Positions 1 to 9,456 of a stretch of 54,283 bases of DNA are shown here, piece by piece. Position 1 is the first letter of the stretch. Each line of letters opens with the position of its first letter. The position numbers and the translations under genes are program-made. The notes below the pieces were generated by a model. The model did no database searches. It was not told the DNA's origin and saw only the letters and a program-made list of their open reading frames with translations. The DNA comes from Elusimicrobia bacterium GWC2_61_19 (GTDB lineage Bacteria > Elusimicrobiota > Elusimicrobia > Elusimicrobiales > UBA9959). The DNA is taken from the NCBI GenBank assembly GCA_001799795.1, contig MGUD01000019.1:1-54283 (forward strand). The letters are read 5' to 3'.

Positions 1-1
1 C

Positions 2-214
2 ACGGTGGGTTCCTACAACTTCCACCCCAAGAGCATCCGCCACGAGCGCGAAGTTAACCTGCACGTGCTGGACCGCCAGTTCACCTCCAAAATGGAGGCG
101 ACTTTTCAGAACGACCTGCGCTCCGCCACTCCCGTGACCGGCGCCGCCCAGCTGGGCGTGGTCCCCAACCCACTCAGCTTCCTCACCCGCCGCTACATGT
201 TCGACCAGCTGTGA
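2..214 (+). CDS. Phospholipase D / cardiolipin synthase family protein, C-terminal fragment (5' end outside window)
   Basis: VGSYNFHPKS...EVNL resembles the GSxN motif and tail of a second PLD domain; the HKD motif would lie upstream of the window. Confidence 0.65.
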   Translation, partial: TVGSYNFHPKSIRHEREVNLHVLDRQFTSKMEATFQNDLRSATPVTGAAQLGVVPNPLSFLTRRYMFDQL

Positions 215-232
215 GCCGAAGCGGCTTATTTC

Positions 233-273
233 GGGGCCCGGTTGCGCGCTGACGCAGCCGGGCCCTGGCTTTT
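233..273 (+). terminator. Intrinsic terminator after the PLD gene
   Basis: GGGCCCGGTTGCG...CGCAGCCGGGCCC stem followed by a T-rich tract. Confidence 0.5.
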
Positions 274-347
274 CTCCCAACCTTTCCACCCCGACAGACC
301 GCTGTCGGGGCGGCCTGCTAAGCTATTTATGCTGCAGGGGATGTACT

Positions 348-848
348 ATGCTTTATCTATATCTGGACGAAAGCGGGGACCTCGGCTTTGACTTCATAAA
401 TAAGAAGCCCGGCCATTTCTTTACCATCTGCGTTCTGTCGGTTCGCGGCCGCGACAATGACCGCGCGCTGGCAAAAAGCGTAAAAGAAGCCGTAAGGCGC
501 AAGCTCCCGGCTTCCTCATTGCAGAACTTAAAGGGAATGTGCTGCCTCAGGAATTGAAGGAGTATTTCTTCCGGAAAGTCGGGAAGACCGACTTCAGTGT
601 CTATTCCGCAACGCTCGACAAGATATCCGTCTGCAGGGGCTTCTCTCCGGAAAAAAGGCAGGATATATAATTACATGGCCAACCTGGCCCTTGCCAGCGT
701 AAGCCTGGAGGACGCGGCTGTGAGGGTGATAATGACGGTGGGTAAAAGCAAGCGCAACAGCGGCATAGCCGAGTTCAACGCTTATGTCCTGAATCAGATA
801 AAGGTCCGCCTGGACCCGCTTGTCCCTTTGAATTTCGCATTATCGTAA
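348..848 (+). pseudogene. DUF3800 family (RNase H-like) pseudogene
   Basis: YLDESGDLG N-terminal motif; the plausible protein continues in another frame from ~521 (AELKG...ELKEYFFRK) and returns to the first frame near 650 (RIYNYM); no C-terminal QxAD motif. Confidence 0.7.
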
Positions 849-1012
849 GTTGCCCTTTCCCCGGCGTATTGTTCGTCCTGCGCCCGCTCCGTTCCGGATA
901 AATTTAAGGAGGCGGCGGGCTTGGGGTATACATAACATCTTATGTTCCCTACAATTCCGGCGGTCATAGGTCTTCCGGGCCTATGACTGGTGGGTCAAAT
1001 GCCTTCCCGTTC

Positions 1013-1057
1013 AAGGGTCTTTGGACTCTTATATAAATATTAATTCTCTCCTATACT
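1013..1057 (+). promoter_or_regulatory. Palindromic box + N21 + -10 promoter for the secreted protein at 1110
   Basis: AAGGGTCTTTGGACTCTT-N21-TATACT; same geometry seen at four other sites. Confidence 0.6.
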
Positions 1058-1109
1058 ATGGTAAGGCCTGGTGCCGCTTTATGCACAGGGTCCGTCTAGG
1101 AGGGAATTA

Positions 1110-2111
1110 ATGAATAATAAACTTATCGCGGCGTTAGTTTGTCTCGGTATGACGGGGGCCGCCAGTGCGGCTGATGTCGACTTCGACAAGGGTACGGACG
1201 TTTCCAAGGCCATAGAGCAGGCCGTTACGCTGGACATGCCCTACCCGGGCCAGATCGGCTACGACCACAACCCCGGCCAGTGGGATAACGGTAACTTCTA
1301 CAACTACCCCGGCCAATCGCCTCATCATATAAGGTATAGCCGTGACTGCCACAACTTCTCCTTCGGCCCTTCTGCCGGCTCGATGCTGTCCGACAGAGTT
1401 CGGCTTGAAAGCGTCGAATATGTAGAGGAATGTCATTATGTGCCCGACCCTCCTCCGCCTCCCCAGCCCGGCCACCCCGGTCATCCCCCCAAGCTTAATG
1501 AGAAAGGGATGCAGTGCATGGAGCGCCCCCACGATGTGTTCCGCCGCACCGTGCAGCTCAGCATGGCGCCGCGCCAGCTGCTGCCCTGGGAGAACGACTC
1601 GTTCGAGGTCTGCATAGAGGGCCCCCGCGTCGACATGCGCACCCGCGAGGCCGCCTACTCTTATGACATCAGCGAGATGGGCCAGTATGACGTGCGCTAT
1701 GAGCTGACTCCCAGGTACAAAGTCCCTACCGCCCCCGACCGTAACGGTCTGTCGGCGGGCGCGTTCTCCTTCGCCGACGGCAGGTTCACCTTCAAGGTTG
1801 CCGAGCGCTGGGCGCAGGAATACGCCGGCGAGAAGGTCGCCATAAAGGTGGAGCTGTACAAGGACGGGTTCCTGTTCTTCAACAGCTTAAAAGGCGAGAA
1901 AGAGTTCACCTTCGACACGGCCGCCGGCTATGAACTTAACTTCTCCGAGGGGGAACTGGACAAAACCCATGTCGTACAGCCCGCCGATCCCTTCCCGCTT
2001 AATCGCGGCCCCAAGAAGTATTACCTGCACTGGAGCTTCCACCGCATCGGCGGCACCTCCACCGGGGAGAAAGTTAAGAAGGACTCTACGGATAAGATAG
2101 AAGTGAAATAA
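1110..2111 (+). CDS. Secreted hypothetical protein with a Pro-rich segment
   Basis: AGGAGG RBS at 1098-1103; signal peptide MNNKLIAALVCLGMTGAASA; PPPPPQPGHPGHPP segment. Confidence 0.8.
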   Translation: MNNKLIAALVCLGMTGAASAADVDFDKGTDVSKAIEQAVTLDMPYPGQIGYDHNPGQWDNGNFYNYPGQSPHHIRYSRDCHNFSFGPSAGSMLSDRVRLESVEYVEECHYVPDPPPPPQPGHPGHPPKLNEKGMQCMERPHDVFRRTVQLSMAPRQLLPWENDSFEVCIEGPRVDMRTREAAYSYDISEMGQYDVRYELTPRYKVPTAPDRNGLSAGAFSFADGRFTFKVAERWAQEYAGEKVAIKVELYKDGFLFFNSLKGEKEFTFDTAAGYELNFSEGELDKTHVVQPADPFPLNRGPKKYYLHWSFHRIGGTSTGEKVKKDSTDKIEVK

Positions 2112-2127
2112 ACAGCAACTCGGCGCA

Positions 2128-2169
2128 ATAAAAGAGAGGCCGGCTTAATAAAGCCGGCCTCTCTTATTT
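2128..2169. terminator. Bidirectional intrinsic terminator
   Basis: Perfect 15-bp stem AAGAGAGGCCGGCTT/AAGCCGGCCTCTCTT between convergent genes, with A/T-rich flanks. Confidence 0.85.
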
Positions 2170-2183
2170 GCGGGTTAAACTGT

Positions 2184-3749
2184 CTAGTTGTTGGGCAGGG
2201 CCAGGGTGAAAGCGGAGCCCTTCTGCAGCTGAGACTTGGCGAAGACGCGTCCGCCGTGCACTTCGGCTATCTTCTTTACCAGCGCGAGGCCGAGGCCCCA
2301 GCCTTCCACCTGACCGGTGAAAGCCGCCTCAACCTGGTAGAACTTGTGGAAAATGTTCTCCAGCTCTTCGCCGGGGATGCCGGGGCCGTTGTCCCCGACC
2401 GAGAGCAGCGCGTGGCTGTCGCGCGCCTGCGCGGAGAGGATGACCAGCTTGTCCTGCGCCGGGTTGAACTTCACGGCGTTCTCTATCAGGCTGCGCATGG
2501 CTCCCGCCAGCAGCTTGCGGTCGGCCTTTACCCTGACCTGCTCCGGCGCGGCTATCTTGATGCTCAGGCCCGCGGTGCCCTTGAGGCGTTCTTTCATGTC
2601 CTCGGCTATTTCGTTGAGGAAATCCGCGGCGTCGAAATCTATTTTTTCCAGGGAAGAGGCGTCCAGGCTGTCTGTGGTGACGAAGTCCAGGAGGCTTTCC
2701 ACCAGCGCGTTCAGTTTCAGGCCCTGCCCGTAGATGGTGTCCGAGGACTTCGTTATCAGCTCCGGCATTTCCTTGGAGGCGGCCTCGTCCTTGAGGATCT
2801 GTGCGTAGCCGTTGATGCAGGCCAGCGGGGTTTTGAATTTGTGGGAGATCAGCGACAGGAAGTTGCGGGCCATGCGTTCTTCGATGCGCTGGGCGGTCAC
2901 GTCCGTGAGTATCCAGAGGCGGCCTTCCGCGGTGGAGTTGCCGTCCTTGTCTTCCTTGAAAAGTCTTATGGCGGAGCAGTCCAGGAAGAACTTCTTGGGC
3001 TTCTCCCTGTACAGTTCGAAGCGGCAGACCGGGTCCTCGTTGGCCAGCACCGCCTCCACGCCCGGCTTGGCCACATAATCGGCGAAGGCGTTCTTGATGT
3101 TGTCGAATTTGTATTTTTCGTGCTCGAGGTAAACCTTGGCCGAGCTGTTGAGGATTATGATCTCGCCGGCTACGTCGGTAAGGATGGCCCCTTCCTTGAT
3201 GCGCTTGAAAACTATCTCCATCTTGCGCTTCTCTTCCTTGACGGAGGAGAACAGCCGGGAGTTCTCTATGGCGATGGCGGCCTGTGAGGCGAAAGCTTCG
3301 AAAGAGTTCTTGTCGGTTTCCGAGAAATCGCCGTCGGTCTTGTTGATGGCCTGTACCACGCCGATGGCCTTGCCCTTTATGATCATGGGGCAGGTCAGGA
3401 GCGAGCGCGTGACGTAGCCGCTCTTGGAATCGGCTTTTTTGGAATGACGGGGGTCGGAGGCCACGTCATTGATTATGATGGAACGGCTTTCTTTGGCGCA
3501 GGTACCCGCGATGCCTTCGCCCAGTTTGAAACGCATCTTCTGCACGTCTTCGGGCAGGCCCAGGGCCACGTCGAAGTAGAGCTCCTGGGTTTTCTCGTCG
3601 AGCAAATACAGGGAGGCGCGCTCCGCCCCCACCACGCGCGAAGCCAGGCGCATGATGGTGGTCAGCAGCTCTGAAATGTCGAGTTTTGAGGAAAGCAGCC
3701 GTGATACCATCACCAGCATTTCAAGGCTTTCCTGCGACTGCGTTATCAT
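2184..3749 (-). CDS. GAF-domain sensor histidine kinase
   Basis: N-terminal GAF (GEGIAG, SLLTCPM, INK, FASQAAIAIEN); H-box SHKFKTPL; N/G1/F/G2 boxes ENAVKF, DNGPGI, IFHKFYQ, GWGLGL. Confidence 0.92.
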   Translation of the reverse strand: MITQSQESLEMLVMVSRLLSSKLDISELLTTIMRLASRVVGAERASLYLLDEKTQELYFDVALGLPEDVQKMRFKLGEGIAGTCAKESRSIIINDVASDPRHSKKADSKSGYVTRSLLTCPMIIKGKAIGVVQAINKTDGDFSETDKNSFEAFASQAAIAIENSRLFSSVKEEKRKMEIVFKRIKEGAILTDVAGEIIILNSSAKVYLEHEKYKFDNIKNAFADYVAKPGVEAVLANEDPVCRFELYREKPKKFFLDCSAIRLFKEDKDGNSTAEGRLWILTDVTAQRIEERMARNFLSLISHKFKTPLACINGYAQILKDEAASKEMPELITKSSDTIYGQGLKLNALVESLLDFVTTDSLDASSLEKIDFDAADFLNEIAEDMKERLKGTAGLSIKIAAPEQVRVKADRKLLAGAMRSLIENAVKFNPAQDKLVILSAQARDSHALLSVGDNGPGIPGEELENIFHKFYQVEAAFTGQVEGWGLGLALVKKIAEVHGGRVFAKSQLQKGSAFTLALPNN

Positions 3750-3761
3750 CTTGTCCCCGTG

Positions 3762-4622
3762 TTAGAAAAATACTTGCAGAAGTATTTTATAATAATTTTT
3801 CCACACCGAGCCTTCCTCTTTGTAGAGGTTGTAGGCCAAATCCAGCGTCGACCTTTCGGTGAGGCCCAGTTTCAGGCCCGCGATACCGGAGTTGGCCGCC
3901 CTCGCGCTTCTGTAGGATATTTTACTATATCCCGCGTAAATGTGGCTGTCAAAATCGGGCTTCATGTTGCGCGCCACCTGCGCGGACAGGGTCCATTCGG
4001 GTAGGGCGGTCACGGTACGGAAGGTGCCCAGGTAGGCCAGCTCGGAATGGTCCAGCGCAGGCGTCACCAGGGTGGCGTTGGATACGCCGTTCGGCTTTAT
4101 GAAGCCAGCGCCGGATAGCTGAAAAAAGAACTGGCCGAAATATGATTTCTCCACCTGAAGCTCAAGGGCAGTTTCCGAGAACGTCTTCTTATCCATGACG
4201 CCGTTCTCGAGCGTGCGGGCGCGCTGGCTGGCCCAGGCCCCGGACAGGACCAGGTGCAGGTAGCTTTCATCCTCCCGGGCTTTGGCCGAGGTGAGTAGGT
4301 AAAATTTTCCGCCGGCCGCTCCGGAGCGGGTCTGCTCCTGGACCGGGTAGATAAAGGGCTTCAGCGATATGAAAAACGTGTCGCCGGAATACATCAGGGG
4401 CAGGCGAAAAGAGTAGACCTTGTCGCGGTAGGCGGCGGTGTCCCGGTAGAACGCGGCATTCATGCCCAGCACCGCGTGCGGGGTCACATTTGTGAACACG
4501 GTGAGGGAGTCCTTTTTTAGGCCGTTGGAACCGGTGGTGTAGTCGTTTTCCGCCCACCAGCCCGCTGAGGAGTCGGCCGCAAAAAAAGCGGAAAAGAACG
4601 CCGCCAGTAGGATATGCTTCAT
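3762..4622 (-). CDS. Putative outer-membrane beta-barrel protein
   Basis: Signal peptide MKHILLAAFFSAFFAADSSA; alternating amphipathic strands; C-terminal Phe (ILLQVFF). Confidence 0.6.
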   Translation of the reverse strand: MKHILLAAFFSAFFAADSSAGWWAENDYTTGSNGLKKDSLTVFTNVTPHAVLGMNAAFYRDTAAYRDKVYSFRLPLMYSGDTFFISLKPFIYPVQEQTRSGAAGGKFYLLTSAKAREDESYLHLVLSGAWASQRARTLENGVMDKKTFSETALELQVEKSYFGQFFFQLSGAGFIKPNGVSNATLVTPALDHSELAYLGTFRTVTALPEWTLSAQVARNMKPDFDSHIYAGYSKISYRSARAANSGIAGLKLGLTERSTLDLAYNLYKEEGSVWKNYYKILLQVFF

Positions 4623-4679
4623 AGTAACTACATTATATATTATTAATCGGAATTCCAATGGCCGCCGCGGGAAACAAAT

Positions 4680-4709
4680 AAAAAGCCCCCGGAGGCCGGG
4701 GGCTTTTTT
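4680..4709. terminator. Intrinsic terminator
   Basis: AAAAAGCCCCCGG-AGG-CCGGGGGCTTTTTT. Confidence 0.85.
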
Positions 4710-4725
4710 GCCGTATAAAGCGGGC

Positions 4726-5169
4726 TTAGTTGTTCAGGCCGAAGAGCGCGTTGTGCACTTTCCGGCTGACTTGGACCTCGGTTATGTAGTAATAACGGGC
4801 CAGGCCTACGGCGTAATCGGCTGCGTTCAGGCCGGCCACGTCCACCATTACCATGTAGCCGCCAAGGTTGTCCTGGAAAGGCGCGGCTTTAAAGCCGTTG
4901 TCGTTCAGTTCTTTCACGACCTTTTCGATGTCCTGGCCGTGTTCCACCAGGCCCATAAGGGTGTCGTCCATATCGGGCTGGGCGGTGTTGACGGTGATCT
5001 TGCGCAGCGTCAGCCACTGGTTGTTCTTCGGGGTTTTGGGAGAGGGGGTTTCTATGCCGGAGAGCGAAAGGCCCGCGTTCGACAGGGCAAGGTTGTCCGC
5101 GGCTATGGCGGAAACGGCGCCCGTAAACGAGAGTAGCGCGGCAGCGGCTATATTGGTTATCTTTTTCAT
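4726..5169 (-). CDS. Secreted hypothetical protein
   Basis: GGAGG RBS upstream; signal peptide MKKITNIAAAALLSFTGAVSAIA. Confidence 0.8.
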   Translation of the reverse strand: MKKITNIAAAALLSFTGAVSAIAADNLALSNAGLSLSGIETPSPKTPKNNQWLTLRKITVNTAQPDMDDTLMGLVEHGQDIEKVVKELNDNGFKAAPFQDNLGGYMVMVDVAGLNAADYAVGLARYYYITEVQVSRKVHNALFGLNN

Positions 5170-5201
5170 TCGGTATTACCTCCGGCTGATTAGCTATCTA
5201 T

Positions 5202-5246
5202 ATTCTGCCACAAAACCCGGGGGACCACAACGGACGCAGGGCCCCT
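5202..5246 (-). promoter_or_regulatory. Palindromic box + N21 + extended -10 promoter
   Basis: Minus strand AGGGGCCCTGCGTCCGTT-N21-CAGAAT with TG at the extended -10 position; extra GGGCC boxes at 5260-5292. Confidence 0.45.
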
Positions 5247-5314
5247 TTGTTCCGCGGCTTTGGGCCTACGGGGCCTGGGCCCTTTGGGCCGGGTCTTGAA
5301 AAATCGGCTGGCCC

Positions 5315-5342
5315 TTGACATGTCAACCGGGTCTGCTATAAT
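5315..5342 (+). promoter_or_regulatory. Consensus sigma70 promoter of the clostripain gene
   Basis: TTGACA-N16-TATAAT with TGn extension; perfect palindrome TTGACATGTCAA over the -35. Confidence 0.8.
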
Positions 5343-5371
5343 ATTTTCGTGATCGACACCCCGGAGGTTCT

Positions 5372-6781
5372 ATGCTGAAGATCTTACTCTCTCTCCTGCT
5401 GCTGGCGGCCCCCTGGTCCGCCTACGAGGCCTCGGCGCTCAGCGTTGATTTCGCCGGCGACACGTATAGCGCCGACTCGCAGGCCGTGCCGGCGCCTGCC
5501 GCCGATAAGTCCATCTTCCCCGTCTTGTTCCCTTTTTTTAACGGCAGCGACACCAGGGCTCAAAAAAAGAAATGGACCGTGATGGTCTTTGTGAACGGCA
5601 AGAACGACCTGGAGTCCGCCGGCCTGCTGAACCTGAACATGATGGAAATGGTCGGGTCCGGCAAAGACATAAATATCGTGGCCGAACTGGGCCGCATGAA
5701 GGGGCAGCTCAGCGACGACACCGCCGACGGAGATTGGACGGGTTCGCGCCGCATTTACGTAAAAAAAGACGCCGACATGGAGAAGATCAAGTCGCCGGTG
5801 GTGATGACCACGGAGAAAGTGGACATGGGCGACTATAAGCGCGCGGTGGATTTCGTCAAGTGGGCCAAGAAAAATTACCCGGCCCAGAAATACCTGCTGA
5901 TACTTTGGGACCACGGCAGCGGCTGGATGGACCCGCGTATGGACCCCAAGCCCGCCGGCCAAAAAGGCATCTCTTTCGACGACGAGACCGGCAACTACAT
6001 CCGCACCCGCGAGATCGGCGCCATAGTTAAAGAGGCCGGCGGGGTGGACGTCCTGGCTTTCGACGCCTGCCTGATGGAAATGGGCGAGGTCTTGAGCGAG
6101 GTGAAGGGGAACGCCAGCGTGATGGTGGGGTCCGAGGAGACCATCCCCGGGGTGGGCTACCCGTACCATGTGTTCCTCGCGGCCCTGGTGAAAGAGCCCG
6201 GCATGGGCGCCGAGAAACTGGGCGGCGTGATGGTGGAGGCCTACAAGATGTTCTATGAGGTGGCCGTAAAGCGCGGGGCGCAGCTCTCCGCGGTGCGCGT
6301 CGCCAAGGCGGCCGAGCTTGAAACCCGCCTGAAGGCGGTGGCCGCCGCCGCAAAGGAAGTCAACGACACGGCCGCGCTGAAAGCCGCCCGCGCCGGCGTG
6401 ATGCGCTTCGACATGATAGGGGAGACGAGCGATCCCCAGAAGCAGATCTCCTTCTACGGCGACCTGTACAACTACCTGGAGCTGCTGGAGGGCGCCATGA
6501 CGGCCACCGGCCCCGCCGCGGAAGACCTTAAGGCCAAATCGGCCGCGCTGCGCGCTTTCATCGCCAAGGACCTGGTGATCCGCAATAATTACTTCGACAA
6601 GGACCGGACCGGGCGCGACTTCAAGGATACGCACGGTATCTCGGTGTACCTGCCGCCGGTCATAGATAAGATAGACCAGGCCAAGCTGGAGGGGATCTTC
6701 GAGAATAAGTATCAGGACTTCGAGTTCTCCAAAGCTACCGGCTGGCACGACTTCGTGACCTATCTTTACGGCGTAAAGTAG
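5372..6781 (+). CDS. Secreted clostripain-family (C11) cysteine peptidase
   Basis: Signal peptide; KKWTVMVF, NDLE, catalytic WDHGSG and FDACLM motifs, SEE. Confidence 0.9.
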   Translation: MLKILLSLLLLAAPWSAYEASALSVDFAGDTYSADSQAVPAPAADKSIFPVLFPFFNGSDTRAQKKKWTVMVFVNGKNDLESAGLLNLNMMEMVGSGKDINIVAELGRMKGQLSDDTADGDWTGSRRIYVKKDADMEKIKSPVVMTTEKVDMGDYKRAVDFVKWAKKNYPAQKYLLILWDHGSGWMDPRMDPKPAGQKGISFDDETGNYIRTREIGAIVKEAGGVDVLAFDACLMEMGEVLSEVKGNASVMVGSEETIPGVGYPYHVFLAALVKEPGMGAEKLGGVMVEAYKMFYEVAVKRGAQLSAVRVAKAAELETRLKAVAAAAKEVNDTAALKAARAGVMRFDMIGETSDPQKQISFYGDLYNYLELLEGAMTATGPAAEDLKAKSAALRAFIAKDLVIRNNYFDKDRTGRDFKDTHGISVYLPPVIDKIDQAKLEGIFENKYQDFEFSKATGWHDFVTYLYGVK

Positions 6782-6856
6782 CGCTGCTCAGGCGCGCGCG
6801 GTAAGGCCGGGCCTCGTTGCGGGGCCCGGCCTCCTCTTTTATTGTAAAATTTCAGG

Positions 6857-7882
6857 ATGAAGCGCCTGCTGCTGGTCAATTTCGCCGAGTGTCCCGAAAA
6901 CCTGCATTTCGAACGGGCCTTCGTGCGCGCCCTGGCGCGCCGGCGCGGTACTGCGCTGGACATAGTTCACGACTTCGACTTCGCTTATGATTTTATCGGA
7001 GCCCCTGTGCCGCCCGGGGGGCGGCGCTGGCGTTATGCGGGGCTGGAAGCTCTCAAGAAGGCCTGCGGCCGTTACGATAAAATAGTGCTGCTGGATTTTC
7101 CTAAAAGGGCGCGCTGCGCGCCGGCTTTCCTCTGGCTGGCGCGGCAGGCGCCGGCGGCGGAAAAGTTATTTATCGCCAACCACCTTATCCCCATGCTGGG
7201 CCATAATTTTACGGCGGACCTGGCGCGCAGGTACCGCGCGCTGGGCGGGCTGAGCGCGGGCTATATGCTGGAGTCCGACGACCGCGGCCTTTGGGCGGAG
7301 ATGGGGCTGGCCGGCGGCCGGCTGCTCGAACGCGGCTACGCCTCCGATTGCGTTTATTACAGCCCGTCCGGCGCGCCCGCGGGCGGCTACGCTTTTTCGG
7401 CCGGTTCGGCCGGGCGCGATTATGCGGCGCTGGCCGCCGGCGCCAAGAGCGCCGGTTTCGGCGTAAAGATATTCAGCGACGCCAAGCCGGGCCGCCTGCC
7501 GCGCGCTTGCGAGTATCTGCCGCTGGCGAAGAACCTGCATAATCTGAAAGACGCCGTGGAAAGGGCGCGCGCGGTGGTCATCCCGGTGAGCGACGCGCAT
7601 ATCAACGGGTCGGCCGGTAATTCCATCGCTTTCCTCAGCATGGCCATGGGCCGCCCGGTGCTGACCCGCCGCACGCCGTACATGCGGCGTTTTATTAGGG
7701 ACGGGGTCAACGGTTTCTTCTACGTGAAACTCACGCCCGCCTCGGTGGCCTCCGGGCTCAGGCGCATAGCGGCGCTATCCCCCGCGCGGCTGAAAAAAAT
7801 AGGCGCGGCCGCCCGCCGCACGGTGCAGGCAAAGGCCAGTCTGGACAGGTTTTGCGCCGCCTTCCTGCGCCGCTTCGCCTGA
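6857..7882 (+). CDS. Glycosyltransferase (GT-B, family 4-like)
   Basis: SAGSAGRDY, AVVIP...AMAMGRPV and IRDGVNGFF C-terminal GT-B motifs. Confidence 0.7.
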   Translation: MKRLLLVNFAECPENLHFERAFVRALARRRGTALDIVHDFDFAYDFIGAPVPPGGRRWRYAGLEALKKACGRYDKIVLLDFPKRARCAPAFLWLARQAPAAEKLFIANHLIPMLGHNFTADLARRYRALGGLSAGYMLESDDRGLWAEMGLAGGRLLERGYASDCVYYSPSGAPAGGYAFSAGSAGRDYAALAAGAKSAGFGVKIFSDAKPGRLPRACEYLPLAKNLHNLKDAVERARAVVIPVSDAHINGSAGNSIAFLSMAMGRPVLTRRTPYMRRFIRDGVNGFFYVKLTPASVASGLRRIAALSPARLKKIGAAARRTVQAKASLDRFCAAFLRRFA

Positions 7883-7892
7883 TAAACAATTT

Positions 7893-9425
7893 ATGGATAA
7901 AATTCTTATTCTGGATTTCGGCAGCCAGTATACGCAGCTGATAGCGCGGCGGTTGAGAAGCGCGCGGGTTTACTGCGAGATACTGCCCTTCAACGCGCCG
8001 GTGGAGGAGATCCTTTCGCGCAGCCCGCGCGGGCTCATACTTTCCGGCGGGCCGTCCAGCGTTTACGACAAGGCCGCGCCCAGGCCCGATCCCGCCGTCT
8101 TCAGCCTGGGACTCCCCGTGCTGGGGGTCTGCTACGGCATGCAGTTGCTGGCGCATGAGTACGGCGGAAAAGTCGCCAAGGCGGCCGCCCGCGAATACGG
8201 GCTCAGCGGTCTTAAGATACTGAAGGGGTCCCGCCTGTTCAAAGGCATTAACGGGAGCGTCAGCGTCTGGATGAGCCACGGGGACGAGGTTAAAAAAGTT
8301 CCGGCCGGTTTCCATGTGACGGCCAGGGCGGGCGGTTCCGATATCTCCGCCATGGAGAACCCGGAGCTGGGCCTTTACGCCCTGCAGTTCCACCCGGAAG
8401 TGCACCATACCGAACAAGGCGCCAAAATGCTGGAGAATTTCGCGCGCGGCATCTGCAATTATAAGGAACGCTGGACGCCCGCCTCTTTCCTTTCTGAAAG
8501 CATAGCCGGAATTAAGAAGGCCGCGGGCGGCCATTCCGTCATCTGCGGGCTTTCCGGCGGGGTGGATTCCTCGGTGGCCGCGGTGCTGGCGCATAAAGCC
8601 ATAGGAAAAAAACTGCGCTGCATTTTTGTGGACACCGGGCTGCTGCGCCACGGCGACCGCGAGCGGATGCTGGCCGTGTTCCGCGATAAGTTCGGCTACG
8701 GCCTTAAGATAGCCGACGCCTCGGCCCTGTTCCTGGGGCGGCTCAAAGGCGTGACCTCGCCCGAAAGGAAAAGGAAAATAATCGGCCACACTTTTATAGA
8801 GGTGTTCGATAAGGAAGCCAAAAAGATACCGGACGCCGCCTTTCTGCTGCAGGGCACGCTTTATCCCGACGTGATAGAGTCGGTTTCAGTGAAAGGCCCC
8901 TCGGCCGTTATAAAGAGCCACCATAATGTGGGCGGCCTGCCGGCTAAAATGAAGATGGGGCTTATCGAGCCGCTGAGATATTTCTTTAAGGACGAGGTGC
9001 GCGAGCTGGGCCGCAGCCTGAAAATGCCGGAGGCGGTGCTGATGCAGCATCCTTTCCCCGGGCCGGGGCTGGCCATCAGGGTGCTGGGAGAAGTGACGCC
9101 TGAACGGCTTAAGATCCTGCGTTCGGCCGACCGCGTCATGCGCGAAGAAATACAGGCGGCCGGCTGGTACGCCAGGATCTGGCAGGCTTTCTGCGTGCTG
9201 CTGCCGGTGCGGTCGGTGGGCGTAATGGGCGACGAGCGTTCCTACGAGTACACCATCGCCCTGCGCTGCGTAAGCTCCGTGGACGGCATGACGGCGGACT
9301 GGTCCAAGCTGCCGCACGGCCTGCTGCACAAGATCTCCTCGCGCATAGTCAGCGAGGTGCGCGGCGTCAACCGCGTGGTCTACGACATCACCTCCAAACC
9401 CCCAGCCACTATAGAGTGGGAATAG
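7893..9425 (+). CDS. guaA: GMP synthase (glutamine-hydrolysing)
   Basis: ILDFGSQY, GVCYGMQ, QFHPE, SGGVDS, KSHHNVGG, KPPATIEWE. Confidence 0.99.
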   Translation: MDKILILDFGSQYTQLIARRLRSARVYCEILPFNAPVEEILSRSPRGLILSGGPSSVYDKAAPRPDPAVFSLGLPVLGVCYGMQLLAHEYGGKVAKAAAREYGLSGLKILKGSRLFKGINGSVSVWMSHGDEVKKVPAGFHVTARAGGSDISAMENPELGLYALQFHPEVHHTEQGAKMLENFARGICNYKERWTPASFLSESIAGIKKAAGGHSVICGLSGGVDSSVAAVLAHKAIGKKLRCIFVDTGLLRHGDRERMLAVFRDKFGYGLKIADASALFLGRLKGVTSPERKRKIIGHTFIEVFDKEAKKIPDAAFLLQGTLYPDVIESVSVKGPSAVIKSHHNVGGLPAKMKMGLIEPLRYFFKDEVRELGRSLKMPEAVLMQHPFPGPGLAIRVLGEVTPERLKILRSADRVMREEIQAAGWYARIWQAFCVLLPVRSVGVMGDERSYEYTIALRCVSSVDGMTADWSKLPHGLLHKISSRIVSEVRGVNRVVYDITSKPPATIEWE

Positions 9426-9456
9426 CGATAGAACCGGTTCCTAAAAGAGGTATCAA

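Noticed and set aside
7883-9456. Purine riboswitch before guaA or guaB
   Set aside because: Intergenic gaps of 10 and 31 bp are too short.
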